NCBI GenBank assembly: GCA_977017645.1
Contig: OZ360227.1
Span: forward strand, 40,114,001-40,178,000
Source of the DNA: Torpedo marmorata
Taxonomy: Eukaryota
Direction: 5' to 3'
DNA: 64,000 nucleotides
Part shown: positions 35,147 to 48,550 of the stretch, piece after piece
Position numbering within the stretch: the first letter of the stretch is position 1
How the letters are laid out: each line of letters starts with the position of its first letter
Notes under the pieces: model-generated
The model's input: the letters and a program-made list of their open reading frames with translations, nothing else
Databases searched by the model: none
Told to the model about the DNA's origin: nothing
Translations under genes and position numbers: made by a program

Positions 35147-37477
35147 TTTCTCTCCATGGATGCTGTCTGACCTGCTGAGTCCATCCAGCAACTCCTTGTT
35201 CACTCAAGATTCCAGCATCTGCAGTCCTTGTTTCTCAACTGCTTTAGGGGTGTCTGCTGGGATATGGGCAACTGTTAGATAAATGCTGTCTTGTAGTCAT
35301 TCAGTTCAGGATCTCTGCTTATTGGATGGGTGGTCACTGGATTGGCCTGGTTAAAATCATTTCTGTTTGCACATACCCAATTATGAGGGGAATAGATAGG
35401 ATGGAATGAAAAGCTTTTCCTCACAACAGAGCTATCTAAAGCTAGAGTGCATACATTTAAGTTATTCGGCAGGCTGTTTAAAGGGGATTGGTGGAAGATT
35501 TTTTTTATGTAGAGGGAGATTGGAATTGCCTGAGGGAATCCTGGAGGAAGGGACTCTCACAGCACGAATTACGAAAGCACAGATGCCTATGGAACAAATG
35601 CTGGTAAATGGGGTTGGTATAAATGGCTACTTGATAGTTGGCATGGACGTGGGCTACTTAGCATGTTTCTGTGCTGTACAACTGACTTTGATTTTGATGT
35701 CTATGGCAGCAACTGTGCTCACTGACGCCATTCACCTGCTCTGAGAAAATACCACAGGTAATAGTCTACTTTGCTGTATTTGGAAACCTGTCTTCTGACA
35801 CAGTAAATATACTATTTTGTAACTGAAGTTTGAGATGCAGATTTCATATACAGTAGAAATCTGTTCCATTTAGCTGGAGCTGCAAATACATTGCAGGTCA
35901 TTTGGAAATACAAAACTGCAGATGGTGGAATCTGTAGCAAAAAACAAACCGCTGGAGAAACTCAGCAAGTCTTGTCAGCACCTGTGGGGTGAAAGGAATT
36001 ATTGAGGTTTCAGGTTGGGACCCTGCATCAGTCCTGCATCACTCAGGTTTGGAGTTCAATTTCAAAATTGGATAATCCGTTAGCATATGCAAATTTATTT
36101 AAGAGGCTATTTTACGTGGCTTTTACACTCATTCAATTTTGATTTGGTTTACTGGAATCTGCATAGTAGTCCCATTTCTACAGCAGGATTCTAGACTGTA
36201 TGGAATGAAAAGTTTTAACCTACAGTGGAACATGAAGAGCTGATCTCCTGAAATCCAAACTTGACATGTGGTGGTATAGAAATTAATATAAAATATAATA
36301 TGGAGCTGTAAGGGTTTAGTATCCATGATATTGCACACAGGCAGCTCAGATGTGATACAGGGTAGTTGGATGTCAGGGAACGTGCAGCGCAGTGTTTGCT
36401 GACTTTTTATGCTCAGCTGCACTAATGTGTGTAATGTTATTGCCATTCACTAACCACATTTGTTTTGCACACAGTTCCTAGACATCAGTAGAAAAGATGA
36501 GGCTGAGCAGAATTCAGCACTCTCTGCCAGTATTTATGTATTTTTCACTCGTATGTGAAGACAATTATTTTCTGATTCTTCTCCCATCCAGATTGTTTGC
36601 TGGACATTCTTTTTTCCCTATTTGGTTTAAATTAATTTATTTATGGCAATTTACAAGCTTGCAAGTCCTGTAAAATAGTACTTAATCAGTTACAGAGTCG
36701 TAGAGTCATATTGCGTGGAAACGGGCCCTTTGGCCCACTTGCCCACGCTGACTAAAATGTCTCACCCACACTAGTACCACCTGCCTGCGTTTGGCCCATA
36801 TCCCTCTAAGCTCATCCATATATCTGTCCAATTTTTTTTATTTTTTTAAAATTTTTTTAAAAGATTGCAATTGTACTTGCATCAACCACCTCCTCTGGGA
36901 ACCCATTCCATGAACCCACCATCCTCTGTAAAAATCAAGTTGCACCTTGGGTTCCTGTTAAATCTTGTCTAACTCACCTTAAACTTATCCTTTGGTTACA
37001 AATTCCTCTTTTCTGGGCAAAAGACTCTCTGCGTTTACTTGATATATTTCTCTCATGATTTTTGTACACCTCTAGATCCTCCTGCGCTCCAAGGAATAAA
37101 GTTAAACAGGAAAGTCTGCAGATGCTGGGACAAAAGTGCTGGAGAAACTCAGCAGGTCACGCAGCATCAATAGGAAGTAAAGGGTAACCAACATTTCAGA
37201 AGTAAATCACGAAAATCTGTAGACACTGTGGTTGAAGTAAAAACACAAAATGCTGGAGATGCTCAGCAGGTCAGTGTCCTTTATGTAGCAAAGGTAAAGA
37301 TACATAACCAACGTTTCAGGCCTGAGCCCTTCATCAAGGAATAGACTGTCCCTAGTCTGCTCCACTTCTCTCTTTAGCTCAGGCCTCTAAGACTTGGCAA
37401 CCTCCTCATAAATCTCTGCACCCCAGACACACTCTCTCTCCTCCCATCAGGGAGAAGGCTTAAGAGTGTGAAAGAGC

Positions 37478-38566
37478 GGGGGGACGTCACGTGATGCCGT
37501 AGGGTTAGGATGCAGGAACCTGACCCTCCTAGGAATTTCAAAAAAAGTACTAAATAAATAAAGTTTTAGAAAACTTAAACCTTTTTAAAATACATTTGAA
37601 CACTAGAATAACATTTCAAATGTCTCTGAAAAAAGAAAAAACAGCCGCAGCCTTACCTCGAGCCCGATGCAGGGAGAAGACTGGAGTGGACCGCTGGCAG
37701 GGACCTCTGCTGGCGATGCACACCCGCGACATCGGAGAGATGGCGCCGAAGAAGAACCCGGAAGTACAATGCGCATGCGCGAAACACCGGGGCTCTCAGC
37801 TGAGTCTGTAACGTCAGGAGAAACAGAGTCGGGCTCCCTCAGCTCTGACAGCGAGGAAGATGAGGAGGAATTGGAAGAACAGCAACAAGAGGAGGTGGTA
37901 ATGGAAGGAATTTTAAAAGTAAAAAGCAAAAAAATTAGCAACCTAGAAATATTAAAAGAGCTGCGAGAAATGAAGTTTGAAATGAAAGGGGAGATTAACA
38001 GAGTTGTGAATGTGATGAAAAAAAAATGAAGAAAAAGCTGGATAAAATGGATGGACAAATGAAGAAGGTACAGGAAGAGATGGAACATGTTGATGATAGA
38101 ATGACAAAAGTGGAAGACACTACTACAATCTTAATAATGGAAATTCAGAAGCTTCAACAGAAAGTAGATGTATTAGAAAACTTCAGTAGAATGAATCATA
38201 AAAATTGTGGGTCTTAAAGAAGGAGTAGAAGAGCAAGACCCAATTGTTTTTTTTGGAAAGTGGATACTTGAAGTCTTGGGACAAGAGAATTTTGAATGTT
38301 CAATTGAGATTGAAAGAGCTCATAGGGCTCTAAGAGGGAAACCACTTCAAAATCAGAATCCACGCTCTGTTTTAATCAAATTTCTCTGCTATCAGGATAG
38401 AGAGAAGATTCTGAAACTGGCGATGAAAAGAGCAAGAATAAAAAAAGGCCCACTTGAGTATGAAGGTGGCAGAATTTTATTCTATCCTGATATAAGTGCT
38501 GATTTATTGAAGAGAAGAAGAGAATTTAAACCAGTCAAGAAGATCCTCTGGGAGAAAGGTTATAGA
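37478..38566 (+). mobile_element. L1-clade 5' end with ORF1 (coiled coil + RRM/CTD), 3'-truncated
   Basis: GGGGGGACGTCACGTGATG start; LENFSR.N..GLKEG.E..IEIERAHR..PRSVLIKFL..DREKIL..FYPDIS.DLLKRRREF. Confidence 0.85.
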
Positions 38567-39119
38567 TGTCGGATATGCGAATTTTCCAGTTGATTGAGAC
38601 TCACTCTTACAATGCCTAACTAATATACTTGCTATAAGAATACACCGTTTAAAAGACAAAAGACAGTGCAAAATGTAAAGTAATTTGAAAAAAATCAGTA
38701 TTGTAGTCCTTAATTATGTAAACCGATGTCGATTATGTATTTTTACCTTTGCTATATAAAGGACACTGCTTGACCTGCTGAGTTTTCCCAGCTTTGTGTT
38801 TTTACTTCAACACGGTGTCTGCAGATTTTCGTGTTTTACCTTTAATTATGTAAAGTTCACTTTAATCAAGTAATTCCCGTAACTTGCAAAATTTAAATTT
38901 GAACCCCGGTCGCTGGCACTGTAACAGCGTTGTGCTAGCTAGCCGCTACGCTAACTGTGCCTCCGTCATAGTTAACTCCCTCCTTCAAGTTTACAGATAA
39001 AGCCTTACAAATATACTTGCTACTAATAAAAATAAAGACTCTTACTAGGTAGGGATAGGAAGACACTTGGGAAGCGTCACCCCAGTGGCGAACGGCATTG
39101 ACCAGCTCTTCATCCTGGT

Positions 39120-39430
39120 GTCCCGGTCAGGCCCTCGGTGCAACCCGACTCACCTCCACGCAAGTGTCCCAGTTAAGCCCTCAGTGTAACCTGACTCGCC
39201 TCCACGCAAGTATTCCGGTCAGGCCCTCGGCGCAATCCGACTCACCCCCTTTGCAAGTGTCCTGGTCAGGCCCTCGGAGCACCTTCTTCACACTGACAAC
39301 CCGACTCACCTCCATGCAAGTGTCCCGGTCAGGCCCTCGGCGCAATCAGACTCACCTCCACGCAAGAGTCCTGGTCAGGCCCTCGGCGCACCTTATTCAC
39401 ACTGACAACCCGACTCACCTCCACGCAAGT
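39120..39430 (+). repeat. Minisatellite: ~46-bp unit x6, two units with a 17-bp insert
   Basis: Unit GTCCCGGTCAGGCCCTCGGCGCAACCCGACTCACCTCCACGCAAGT. Units 4 and 6 carry CCTT(C/A)TTCACACTGACA. Confidence 0.9.
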
Positions 39431-40918
39431 GATGACAGCGAAAAGAACGCACACACATTGAGGGGCATTGCCCATTCAGCAGGGCAAACCTGCGCATGTC
39501 CAACGAAGTATCAGCGCTCCACCGCGGGGTCCATTTTTTAAAGAGATGCAATATGAACAAGTTTGCAATCTAATCATGGCAATAAAATATGTTTTTGGCT
39601 ATGGAGACAGCATTTGACTGGGAAATGGCCATGAGCATATACAGTATGTCCCACTGCATGGTCACATTAGATCCCTTCCAAATGTTTAAATGCTTTGTAT
39701 GGCTGGACCAGTAACAGGAATATGTTCTTTTCTCTGAACATCACATACAAGTGCACAAGTACACAAAATTATTTGTGTGCATGTCTACAAGCACAAAGGG
39801 GAAGGGAATCAAACATATTATAAATATACTAAGTGATAGCATGTCTGTTTATTGTGCCACATAAAAGTGCCCCATTTGGTAGTGTCATGGTGTGCGATGA
39901 CATACTTTTCACATGACAAATTAACAGAATGCTCTATACAGCAACCCATCATAAACCTATAAACAGTACCCTATTAAACTCACCAATTGCACCTAATTAG
40001 TTGTCATACTGTAGACATAGATGGTGCCAGTATCTGCAATGTAACTACAGTTTCTATGACAGTATTAATAGCATTGATAATTTCCTGTCACCTGTGTTGC
40101 ACTTATAACCACAGAAAGTGTTGTATTATCTATGATACCAGTGCAATGCAGACTATGTTCTAGTATCTGTGATTCTATTAACTCTTAAATGGAGCCAGAA
40201 TGCCCATAAAGCTGACACAGCCCTAATTTCCAAGACAAAATTAAACTCACACAGGGTACCAACATCAGTGATGCCATTTTGTCCAGACAGTACCTGGCAA
40301 TCGCAATGCTAATAAATGCATAACATGGTACTCAGTTAATTATAACCAAAGCTCAGTTGATTATAACTAAAGCCAAAGTCTTTAAGCTATTATGGATCAC
40401 GTAATAAATTTCATCTTCAACTTATTAAATTCAGGGACTTGGCCCTGATGCCAAAAATATTGTTGAATTACTATAATCACATCTATCTGATATTGTTAAA
40501 CTCGCATACTTTGCTAAGTAACTGATATTGAACACATTGATGATGCTCTCAATAAATACGATACTGTTAAACCTATAGATGGTTCTCGTAACTATTTACT
40601 ACTAAAATTACAGATGGTCCTTTGGTAATAACAATATCACTAAATCTTCAAATGATGCCCAAGTAGATGAACATTTTGACCCAGCATTTATGACACTTTT
40701 ATAATCATTTATGTTATTAAATTAACAGATGTCTGTGATACTATAACCTCAATGCTGCCCAAGTATCTGTAATACTATTATAACTGCAGATGTTTTCCTT
40801 GCCTCATTATACCCATACAGTGTTCTGGTAATTATGGTACATCAGACTTAATATTATGTGCTGCTATTACAAATGACAATGTAACTAGGTAATTAACAAA
40901 GATACAGAAGATGCCAAT

Positions 40919-43490
40919 ATATAACCATATAACATTTACAGCACAGAAACAGGCCAGTTCGGCCCTTCTAGTCTATGACGAACACATTCTCCCACCTAGT
41001 CCCACTGACCCGCACCCGGCTCATAACCCTCCATACCTCTCTCGTCCATATACCTATCCAACTTTTCCTTAAACATTAAAATTGAACCTGCATCTACCAC
41101 TTCGGCCGGAAGCTCGTTCCACCCTCCTACCACCCTCTGAGTGAAGAAATTCCCCCTCATGTTTCCTCTAAACTTTTCCCCCTTCAATCTCAATCCATGC
41201 CCTCTTGTTTGAATCTTCCCCACTCTCAATGGAAAAAGCCTGTCCACATTGACTCTATCTGTCCCCTTCATAATTTTCAATACCTCTATCAAATTACTCC
41301 TCAACCTTCTACGCTCCAGGGAATAAAGTCCCAGCCTGTTCAACCTTTCCCTTTAACTCAAACCCTCAAACCCAGAAACCCAGGCAACATTCTTGTAAAT
41401 CACCTCTGCACTCTCTCTATTCTGTTTATATCCTTCCTATAATTCGGCGACCAAAACTGCGCACAATATTCCAAATTTGGCCTCACCAATGCCTTATACA
41501 ACTTCAACATGACATCCCAACTCCTATATTCAATACTCTGATTTATGAAGGCCAACATACCAAATGCTTTCTTCACCACCCTATCTACGTGTGACTCAAC
41601 TTTCAGGTAATTATGTACCAGAATTCCTAAATCCCTCTGTTCTACTGCACTTCTCAATTGTCTTCCATTTAACATGTATGACCTTTGCTGATTAATCCTA
41701 CCAAAATGTAGCACCTCACATTTATCAATATTAAACTCCATCTGCCATGTTTCCGCCCACTCTTCTAACTGTCCGATATCCCCCTGCAACCTTTGATATC
41801 CCTCTTCACTGTCCACAACACCACCAATCTTCGTATCATCTGCATACTTATTAATCCAATTTACCACCCTATCATCTCGACCATTAATATATATGACAAA
41901 CAACAATGGACCCAGTACCGATCCCTGAGGCACTCCACTAGTCACCGGCCTCCAATTTGACAAACAATTTTCCACCACTACTCTCTGGCATCTTCTATCC
42001 AACCATTGTTGAATCCATTTCCTACTTTGTCGTTAATACCTAATGCTTGAACCTTCCTAACGAGCCTCTTATGCGGAACCTTGTCAAATGCCTTACTAAA
42101 GTCCATATAGACAACATCCACAGCCTTCCCCTCGTCAACCTTCTTAGTAACCTCATCGAAAAACTCTATGAGATTTGTTAAACATGATCTACCACAAACA
42201 AATCCGTGTTGACTACTCCTAATCAATGCTTGTCTTTCCAAATAACTGTATACACCATCTCTAAGAACACTCTCCATTAATTTACCTACCACCGATGTCA
42301 GACTCACAGGCCTATAATTTCCAGGTTTACTTTTGGAGCCCTTTTTAAACAGCGGGACAACATGAGCTACCCTCCAATCCTCCGGCACCTCCCCCGTGGC
42401 CAGTGACATTTTAAATATTTCTGTCAGAGCCCCCACTATTTGTACACTAACCTCCCTCAGGGTCCTCGGGAATATCCTGTCAGGACCTGGAGATTTATCC
42501 ACCTTTATACTCTTTTAAAATAGCCAATACTACCTCCTCATTAATCTTTATATTATCCATGACCTCACTGCCAGATTTCCTTACTTCACCTGGCTCAATA
42601 TTCCTTTCCTTTGTAAATACTGAAGAAATAAATTCATTTAAAATTTCCTCCATCTCCTCTGACTTCTCTCATAGCCTACCCGTCTGATCCTCAATGGGCC
42701 CAATTTTATCCCTCACTATTCTTTTGCTTTTAATGTACCTGTGGAAACCCTTTGGATTTATTTTTACCTTGCCTGCCAAAGCAGCCTCATATCTCCTTTT
42801 AGCCTTTCTAATTTCTTAAGATTTTTTTTACACTCCTTATATTCCTCGAGGACCTCATCTATTCCCTGCTGTCTATACCTGTTGTACACATCCCTCTTCC
42901 TCCGAACCAAATTCCCAATATCCTTTGAAAACCAAGGCTCCCTATTTATTTCTAACTCTTCCTTTAATCCTCACAGGGACGAACCGACTCTGTACTCTCA
43001 AAATTTCCCCTTTGAATATCCTCCATTTATCTGTGACATCCTTCCCTAAAAATAAATTATCCCATTCCATACCCTCTAAATCCTTCCTCATCTCCTCGAA
43101 ATTTGCCTTATTCCAATCAAGAATCTCAACCTTAGGCCCAGCCCTATCCTTCTCCATTATCAACCTAAAACTAATAGTATTATGATCACTAGACCCAAAG
43201 TGTTCCCCAACATAAACCTCTGTCACCTGACCTATCTCGTTCCCAAATAGGAGATCCAATACTGCCTCCTCTCTAGTCGGTTCTTCTATGTATTGATTTA
43301 GAAAACTTTCCTGAACACATTTGACAAACTCCAACCCATCCTGCCCTATTACAGTATGGGTGTCCCAGTCAATGTGTGGAAAGTTAAAATCACCACCTTA
43401 TGTTTATTACACATATATTCTATCTCCGTACAAATTTCCTACTCTAATTCCCTCTGCCCATTCGGTGGTCTAATCTGCCCATTCGGTGGT
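40919..43490 (-). mobile_element. CR1 LINE ORF2 (endonuclease C-half + RT + 3' tail), relatively young
   Basis: ORFs 42942-43334, 41978-42502, 41400-42002, 40996-41343: GSSDHN, KSPGPD, NYRPVSLTS, DFSKAFDKV, GVPQGSVLGP, YADDTK. Short tandem tail at ~40920. Confidence 0.95.
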
Positions 43491-45045
43491 AGCATAAGAT
43501 GTCACCAGTTGATCAGGTTCATTATGTTAACTGTCTCAGCCTATTGAACATCTGTAACTTTGCTGGTTGCTACACTTTAAATGGAGTGTCTGGAATATAG
43601 CATGTCCAATCCTGTTTTGAACATTTACTTAAGCAATGGAAGATCTGTCAATAGAGAATCTGGTTTCTGGGAACATCAAATTTAATTGGCATGGTGAGAT
43701 GAGAGAGAAAAAAAGTATAGCACACAATAGTTCAATTTTAGTTAACATCTGAATGTATTATATGGCTGACAACTTAGTGAAGGCATTTGCATTGTTGTTA
43801 ACTTTGTTCAGGGACTTCCGGCCAGCTGCGATATGGTGTAGACGCAACTATCAGGAGCTCCTGTCCACTCTCTATCTTTTTCACTTTTTACCTTTCTATT
43901 TTACAACCAAAGTGTTATATATTTGGCAGCTTTCCCTTCTTTTACTCTAGTTTGATTCAAAATGACTACAAGAATGGGAAATCTGGTGAAAAAGAAGAAG
44001 CAACTGCTAACCTAACAATACAGGCTATTTCTACCTTACTGGAGCGACAGACTGCTGACTTCAAAGCTTCTCTTTGCCTGTTAGAAGTCAAAATCGATCA
44101 AATCTGGTCGTTTGTGGAGGAGCACGGCCAGCGTTTGTCATCTCTGGAGTACGCTTCTGAACACCTAAGCCAACGTGTTACTGAATTCGAAGATGTCTGC
44201 TCCAGTTTATGTGAAAGTAATTCGAAGTTAATGACTAAAGTTGTTGATCTGGAGAGCCGGAGTAGACGGCAGAACCTGCGTATCTTGGGCTTGGCAGAAT
44301 CTACTGAAAGAGGGCAACCTATAAAATTCTTCTCTGACTTGCTATGTGAGGTTTTCGGGAAGGAGACGCTTCCATCCCTGCCGGAGATCGATAGAGCTCA
44401 CCTAAACCGGCTCCGGGACAGAGACCGCACTCGATCATCATTTGCTTACATCGCTATCAGATAAAGGACACTCTGATCCGAGAGGGCCGGCAGAGAGGGA
44501 AACTGGAATATCATGGTCAACAGATCCGAGTGGTGGAAGATTATACTCCAGAAGTTATGAATCAGCGAGCTGAGTACAGAGAAGTAATGTCGGAATTATA
44601 CAACCGAGGATTTAAGCCCTCCTTGCTGTATCCTGCACGACCCCGTATCACACTCTCCAGTGGACACAAGAAGTGGTTTCGTTCAGTCGTTGAGGCCCGG
44701 AATTATATAGACGGTCTCCCTTCCACTTCGCGCCCTTCGTAAATATTTGCTTGGTGACTGAGGCTATTTGACTATTACTATTTTGAAGCTTTACAGCTTT
44801 TGTCATACAGTATTTAGTGGCGAGGACTGTCTGGTCCTCTCTGTTCTGGTAACACTTTATGGGGTAATATACCCATTTGGGCTGTTGTTTTGTGAGTATT
44901 TTCTTTTGCTTTAAATTCTGGGATTTATTCAGTCTTAGTGGGAAGAACATCGGGGAAAGTTTATACTTAGTTTTTCTAGTAGTAGTTTATATTTCTACTT
45001 CGTAATATACTTTTTAGAATTGTATAAGAAATTCTAAAAGTAGTT

Positions 45046-46337
45046 CTCATCCAACTTCCACCACAATCTCAAACTCACCTGGTCCATCTCCGATAACACT
45101 CTCCCCTTCCTGGATCTCTCTGTCTCCATCTCAGGAGACAAGCTTTCCACCGACATTTACTACAAACCCTCCAACTCCCACAACTATCTGGACTACACTT
45201 CCTCACACCCTGTCCCCTGCAAGGATTCCATCCCCTTCTCTCAATTTCTCCGTCTCCGCCGCATCTGTTCCCAAAATGAGGTCTTCCAGTCCAGATCTTC
45301 TGAAATGTCTGCCTTCTTCCACAAACGTGGCTTACCCTCCACCACCATCAACTCAGCCCTCACCCGCATCTCCTCCATTTCCCGCTCATCTGCCCTGGCC
45401 CCCTCTGCCCCCAGACGCAACAAACATAGAATCCCCCTCATCCTCACCTACCACCCCACCAGCCTCCGCATCTAACACATTATCCGCCGGAATTTCCGAC
45501 ACTTACTACAGGATCCCACTACTAGACACATTTTTCCTTCTCCCCTCTCGGCCTTCCGCGGGGACTGCTCCCTCCGCGATTCCCTCGTGCACTCATCCCT
45601 CCCCACCCATCGCACCCCCGGCACCTTCCCCTGTGCCCGCAGGAGGTGCAACACCTGCGCCCACACCTCCCCCCTCACCACGGTCCGGGACCCAAAACAG
45701 GCCTTTCAAGTGAAACTACACTTCACTTGTACATCCAGATAACTTTTTTACTGCATCCGGTGCTCCCTTTGTGGCTTTCTCTACATCGGAGAGACCGGTC
45801 GTAGATTGGGAGATTGCTTTGCTGAGCACCTCCTCTCCGTCCGCAACAACAGCGACCGCCCAGTAGTCAGCCATTTCAATTCCGGGTCAGACTCCCACAC
45901 TCACATGTTTGTCCATGGCCTTATGTACTATCCCACCCAGACTACCCGCAAATTGGAGGAACAACATCTCATTTTCCATCTGGGCACTCTCCAGCCAGAT
46001 TGCATTAACACTAAACCTGCTTGTCTTTTCCTTCACCTGTCCTTCCTGTTTTTTTTCCACCCATCCAGCCATCCCTCCTCCCCCTCTTTGCTGCTGTTCC
46101 CTCCCTCCTTTCTCCACCTATCATCTCCTGCCTTTGCCATCCCCCCTTCCCCCCCCTCACTCTTTTGTTCGGACACCTGCCGGCATTTTCTCATACTTTG
46201 ATGAAGGGCTCAAGCCTGAAACGTCGGTTATGTATTTCTACCTTTGCTACATAAAAGACACTGTTTGACCTGCTGAGTTTCTCCAGCATTTGTGTTTTTT
46301 ACTTCAACCACGGTGTCTACAGATTTTCGTGTTTTAC
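45046..46337 (+). mobile_element. Penelope-like element (same family as 251-1712) inserted in the L1 inter-ORF spacer, 14-bp TSD
   Basis: Near-identical to 435-1712. TTCTAAAAGTAGTT at 45032-45 and 46338-51. Confidence 0.94.
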
Positions 46338-47811
46338 TTCTAAAAGTAGTTGTTTTTTTATAAATGGTTGTATTCCGATTCAAGTTATATGTTATTTTCG
46401 GAGTGCAGAGTTTTGTTTTAATAACATTATTGGAGCCAAGATGTTATTATGTGGGTGAGAAATGTTGGGTTCAATAAGCTTGCTGCTGGGGTCTTGGGCA
46501 GCTGTCTGGTTTCCGGGTGGGAGGGGGGGAGATGGGTGGGTGGGAGTGGGTCTTTTCAAGGTTGTTATTGTGTTAGGAGAATACATGAGCTTTGTCCTTG
46601 TGTGTTGTTTTTATTCAAATATTTGCTGTATGCTCTGTTCTTGCTTCAAGACCGACACCTGGAGTTTTGTTAACATGTCTGTTTTTCAACTCACTTCTCT
46701 AATCATTGACAATGGATAATTTTAAAAATTTTGTTAGTTGGAATGTTAAAGGATTAAATCATCCTGTTAAGAGAAAGAAAATTTTTTCTCATCTTAAACA
46801 ACTTAAAACAGTAATTGCTTTTTTACAAGAAACTCATATTCGTAGCTCTGATAGTTTGCGTATCATGGCACGGAGGAAGGGGGCAGCATTTTCACTCCAC
46901 TTTTCTGGCAAAAGCCAGGGGGGGTCTCGATTCTTATTGATCAAAATATTCCCTTTGTTCATCACAATATAATATCAGATACTAACAGTCGTTACATTAT
47001 TGTCTCCGGGAAACTCTATAATAAATTGGTGGTTCTTGCTAACGTTTATGCCCCTAATGTGGATGATGTGGGGTTTTTTTTCTTCTTTACCTGCTCTGGA
47101 CACATATTCTCTTGTGCTTGGTGGAGATTTCAACTGTTGGTTTGATCCTGTGATGGATCGATCTTCTCCCAACCCTGCAATAGTGAGTAAGTCTGCCTCA
47201 TTTATTCAATCCTTCCTATCAGATTATGGTATTTCTGACGTTTGGCGTTTTCTTTATCCAAATAGGAGAGAGTATTCTTTCTTTTCACATGTTCATCATA
47301 CTTTTTCTAGCATTGACTATTTTGTTATTGATAATCAATTAATCCCATTGACTCGCTCTTGTGACTACAATAGTATACTGATATCTGATCATGCCCCTAT
47401 TGTACTATCTACGACCCTTCCTGACCTTCCTAAAATAAATAGACCCTGGCATTTCAATTCGACTTTACTGTCTGATAGTGATTTTGTGAAATTTATGGAG
47501 GAACAGATAACCTTTTCCTTTAGTACAAATACTTTTTCAGAAACCTCCAGTCTGATTGTCTGGGATGCACTGAAAGCCTACCTTAGGGGGCAAATTATCT
47601 CCTATACTGTGAATATGAAAAGAAGGGCTAATAAAGAACGTTTGGAATTAGTTAATCAAATTAAAGAAATAAATCATCAATACGCTCAAGTTAGAAATCC
47701 AGAATTATATAAAAAGCGATTGGAACTTCAAACTAAATTTGATCTCCTCTCAACACATACAATTGAACGTCAACATTTGAAGAATAAGAGTCTGCTCTAT
47801 ATTCACGGTAT

Positions 47812-48042
47812 TAAACTGAAAACGACTGGGATTGTCTGATCTCGGAAGCTAAGCAGGCTCAGGACTGGTCAGTACTTGGAGGGGAGACTGCCTAGGAACA
47901 CCAGGTGCTGTAGGTTTCTGTGAGAGGTGCTGGACAAAGTAGTGACTCTCTGTCTGCCTTACGGTAGACAAAAATTAAAGAATTTCATGTATGTTACATT
48001 CTAAATGTAGTATTTCGTGACAATAATGGAACCTTTACCTTT
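47812..48042 (+). mobile_element. Second copy of the 5S rRNA-derived SINE
   Basis: Collinear with 20438-20656; tail GTGACAATAATGGA(ACCTTT)2. Confidence 0.9.
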
Positions 48043-48550
48043 AATTCTATTCTAATCCAAGCAGAAGACTTACCTAAATCAAACATTTCATTAACAAATT
48101 TTAATTGAGCTGCTTTATAGTAATTTTGAAAATTAGTAAGTTGTAAACCAGCCATTTCATAATTCCAAGTTAATTTCTCCATACTTACTCTAGCCAACTT
48201 TCCTTTCCACAAAAATTTCCTAATAATTAAATTTAAATCCTTAAAGAATTTCAAAGGAATTTCGTAAGGAATTGATTGGAAAAGATATTGAACTCTTGGA
48301 AAGACATTCATTTTAATACAGTTTACCCTTCCTATTAAAGTTATAGGTAAATCCTTCCAACTTTCTAAATCTTTTTTAATTTTCGTAAATAATGGTAGAT
48401 AATTTAATTTATATAAATTAGCTAATTTTGTATCAATCTTTATTCCCAGATATTTAATTCCTTCCTTTGATCATTTGAATTGTGTAATTTCTTTACATTT
48501 ACTATAGTAAATCCCCTTGTGTCAATGCCATAATTTCACTTTTATCTAGG
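48043..48550 (-). mobile_element. Internal antisense fragment of the AT-rich L1 family seen at 28259-30654
   Basis: [45 protein letters not shown], homologous to ~28300-28800. Confidence 0.9.
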
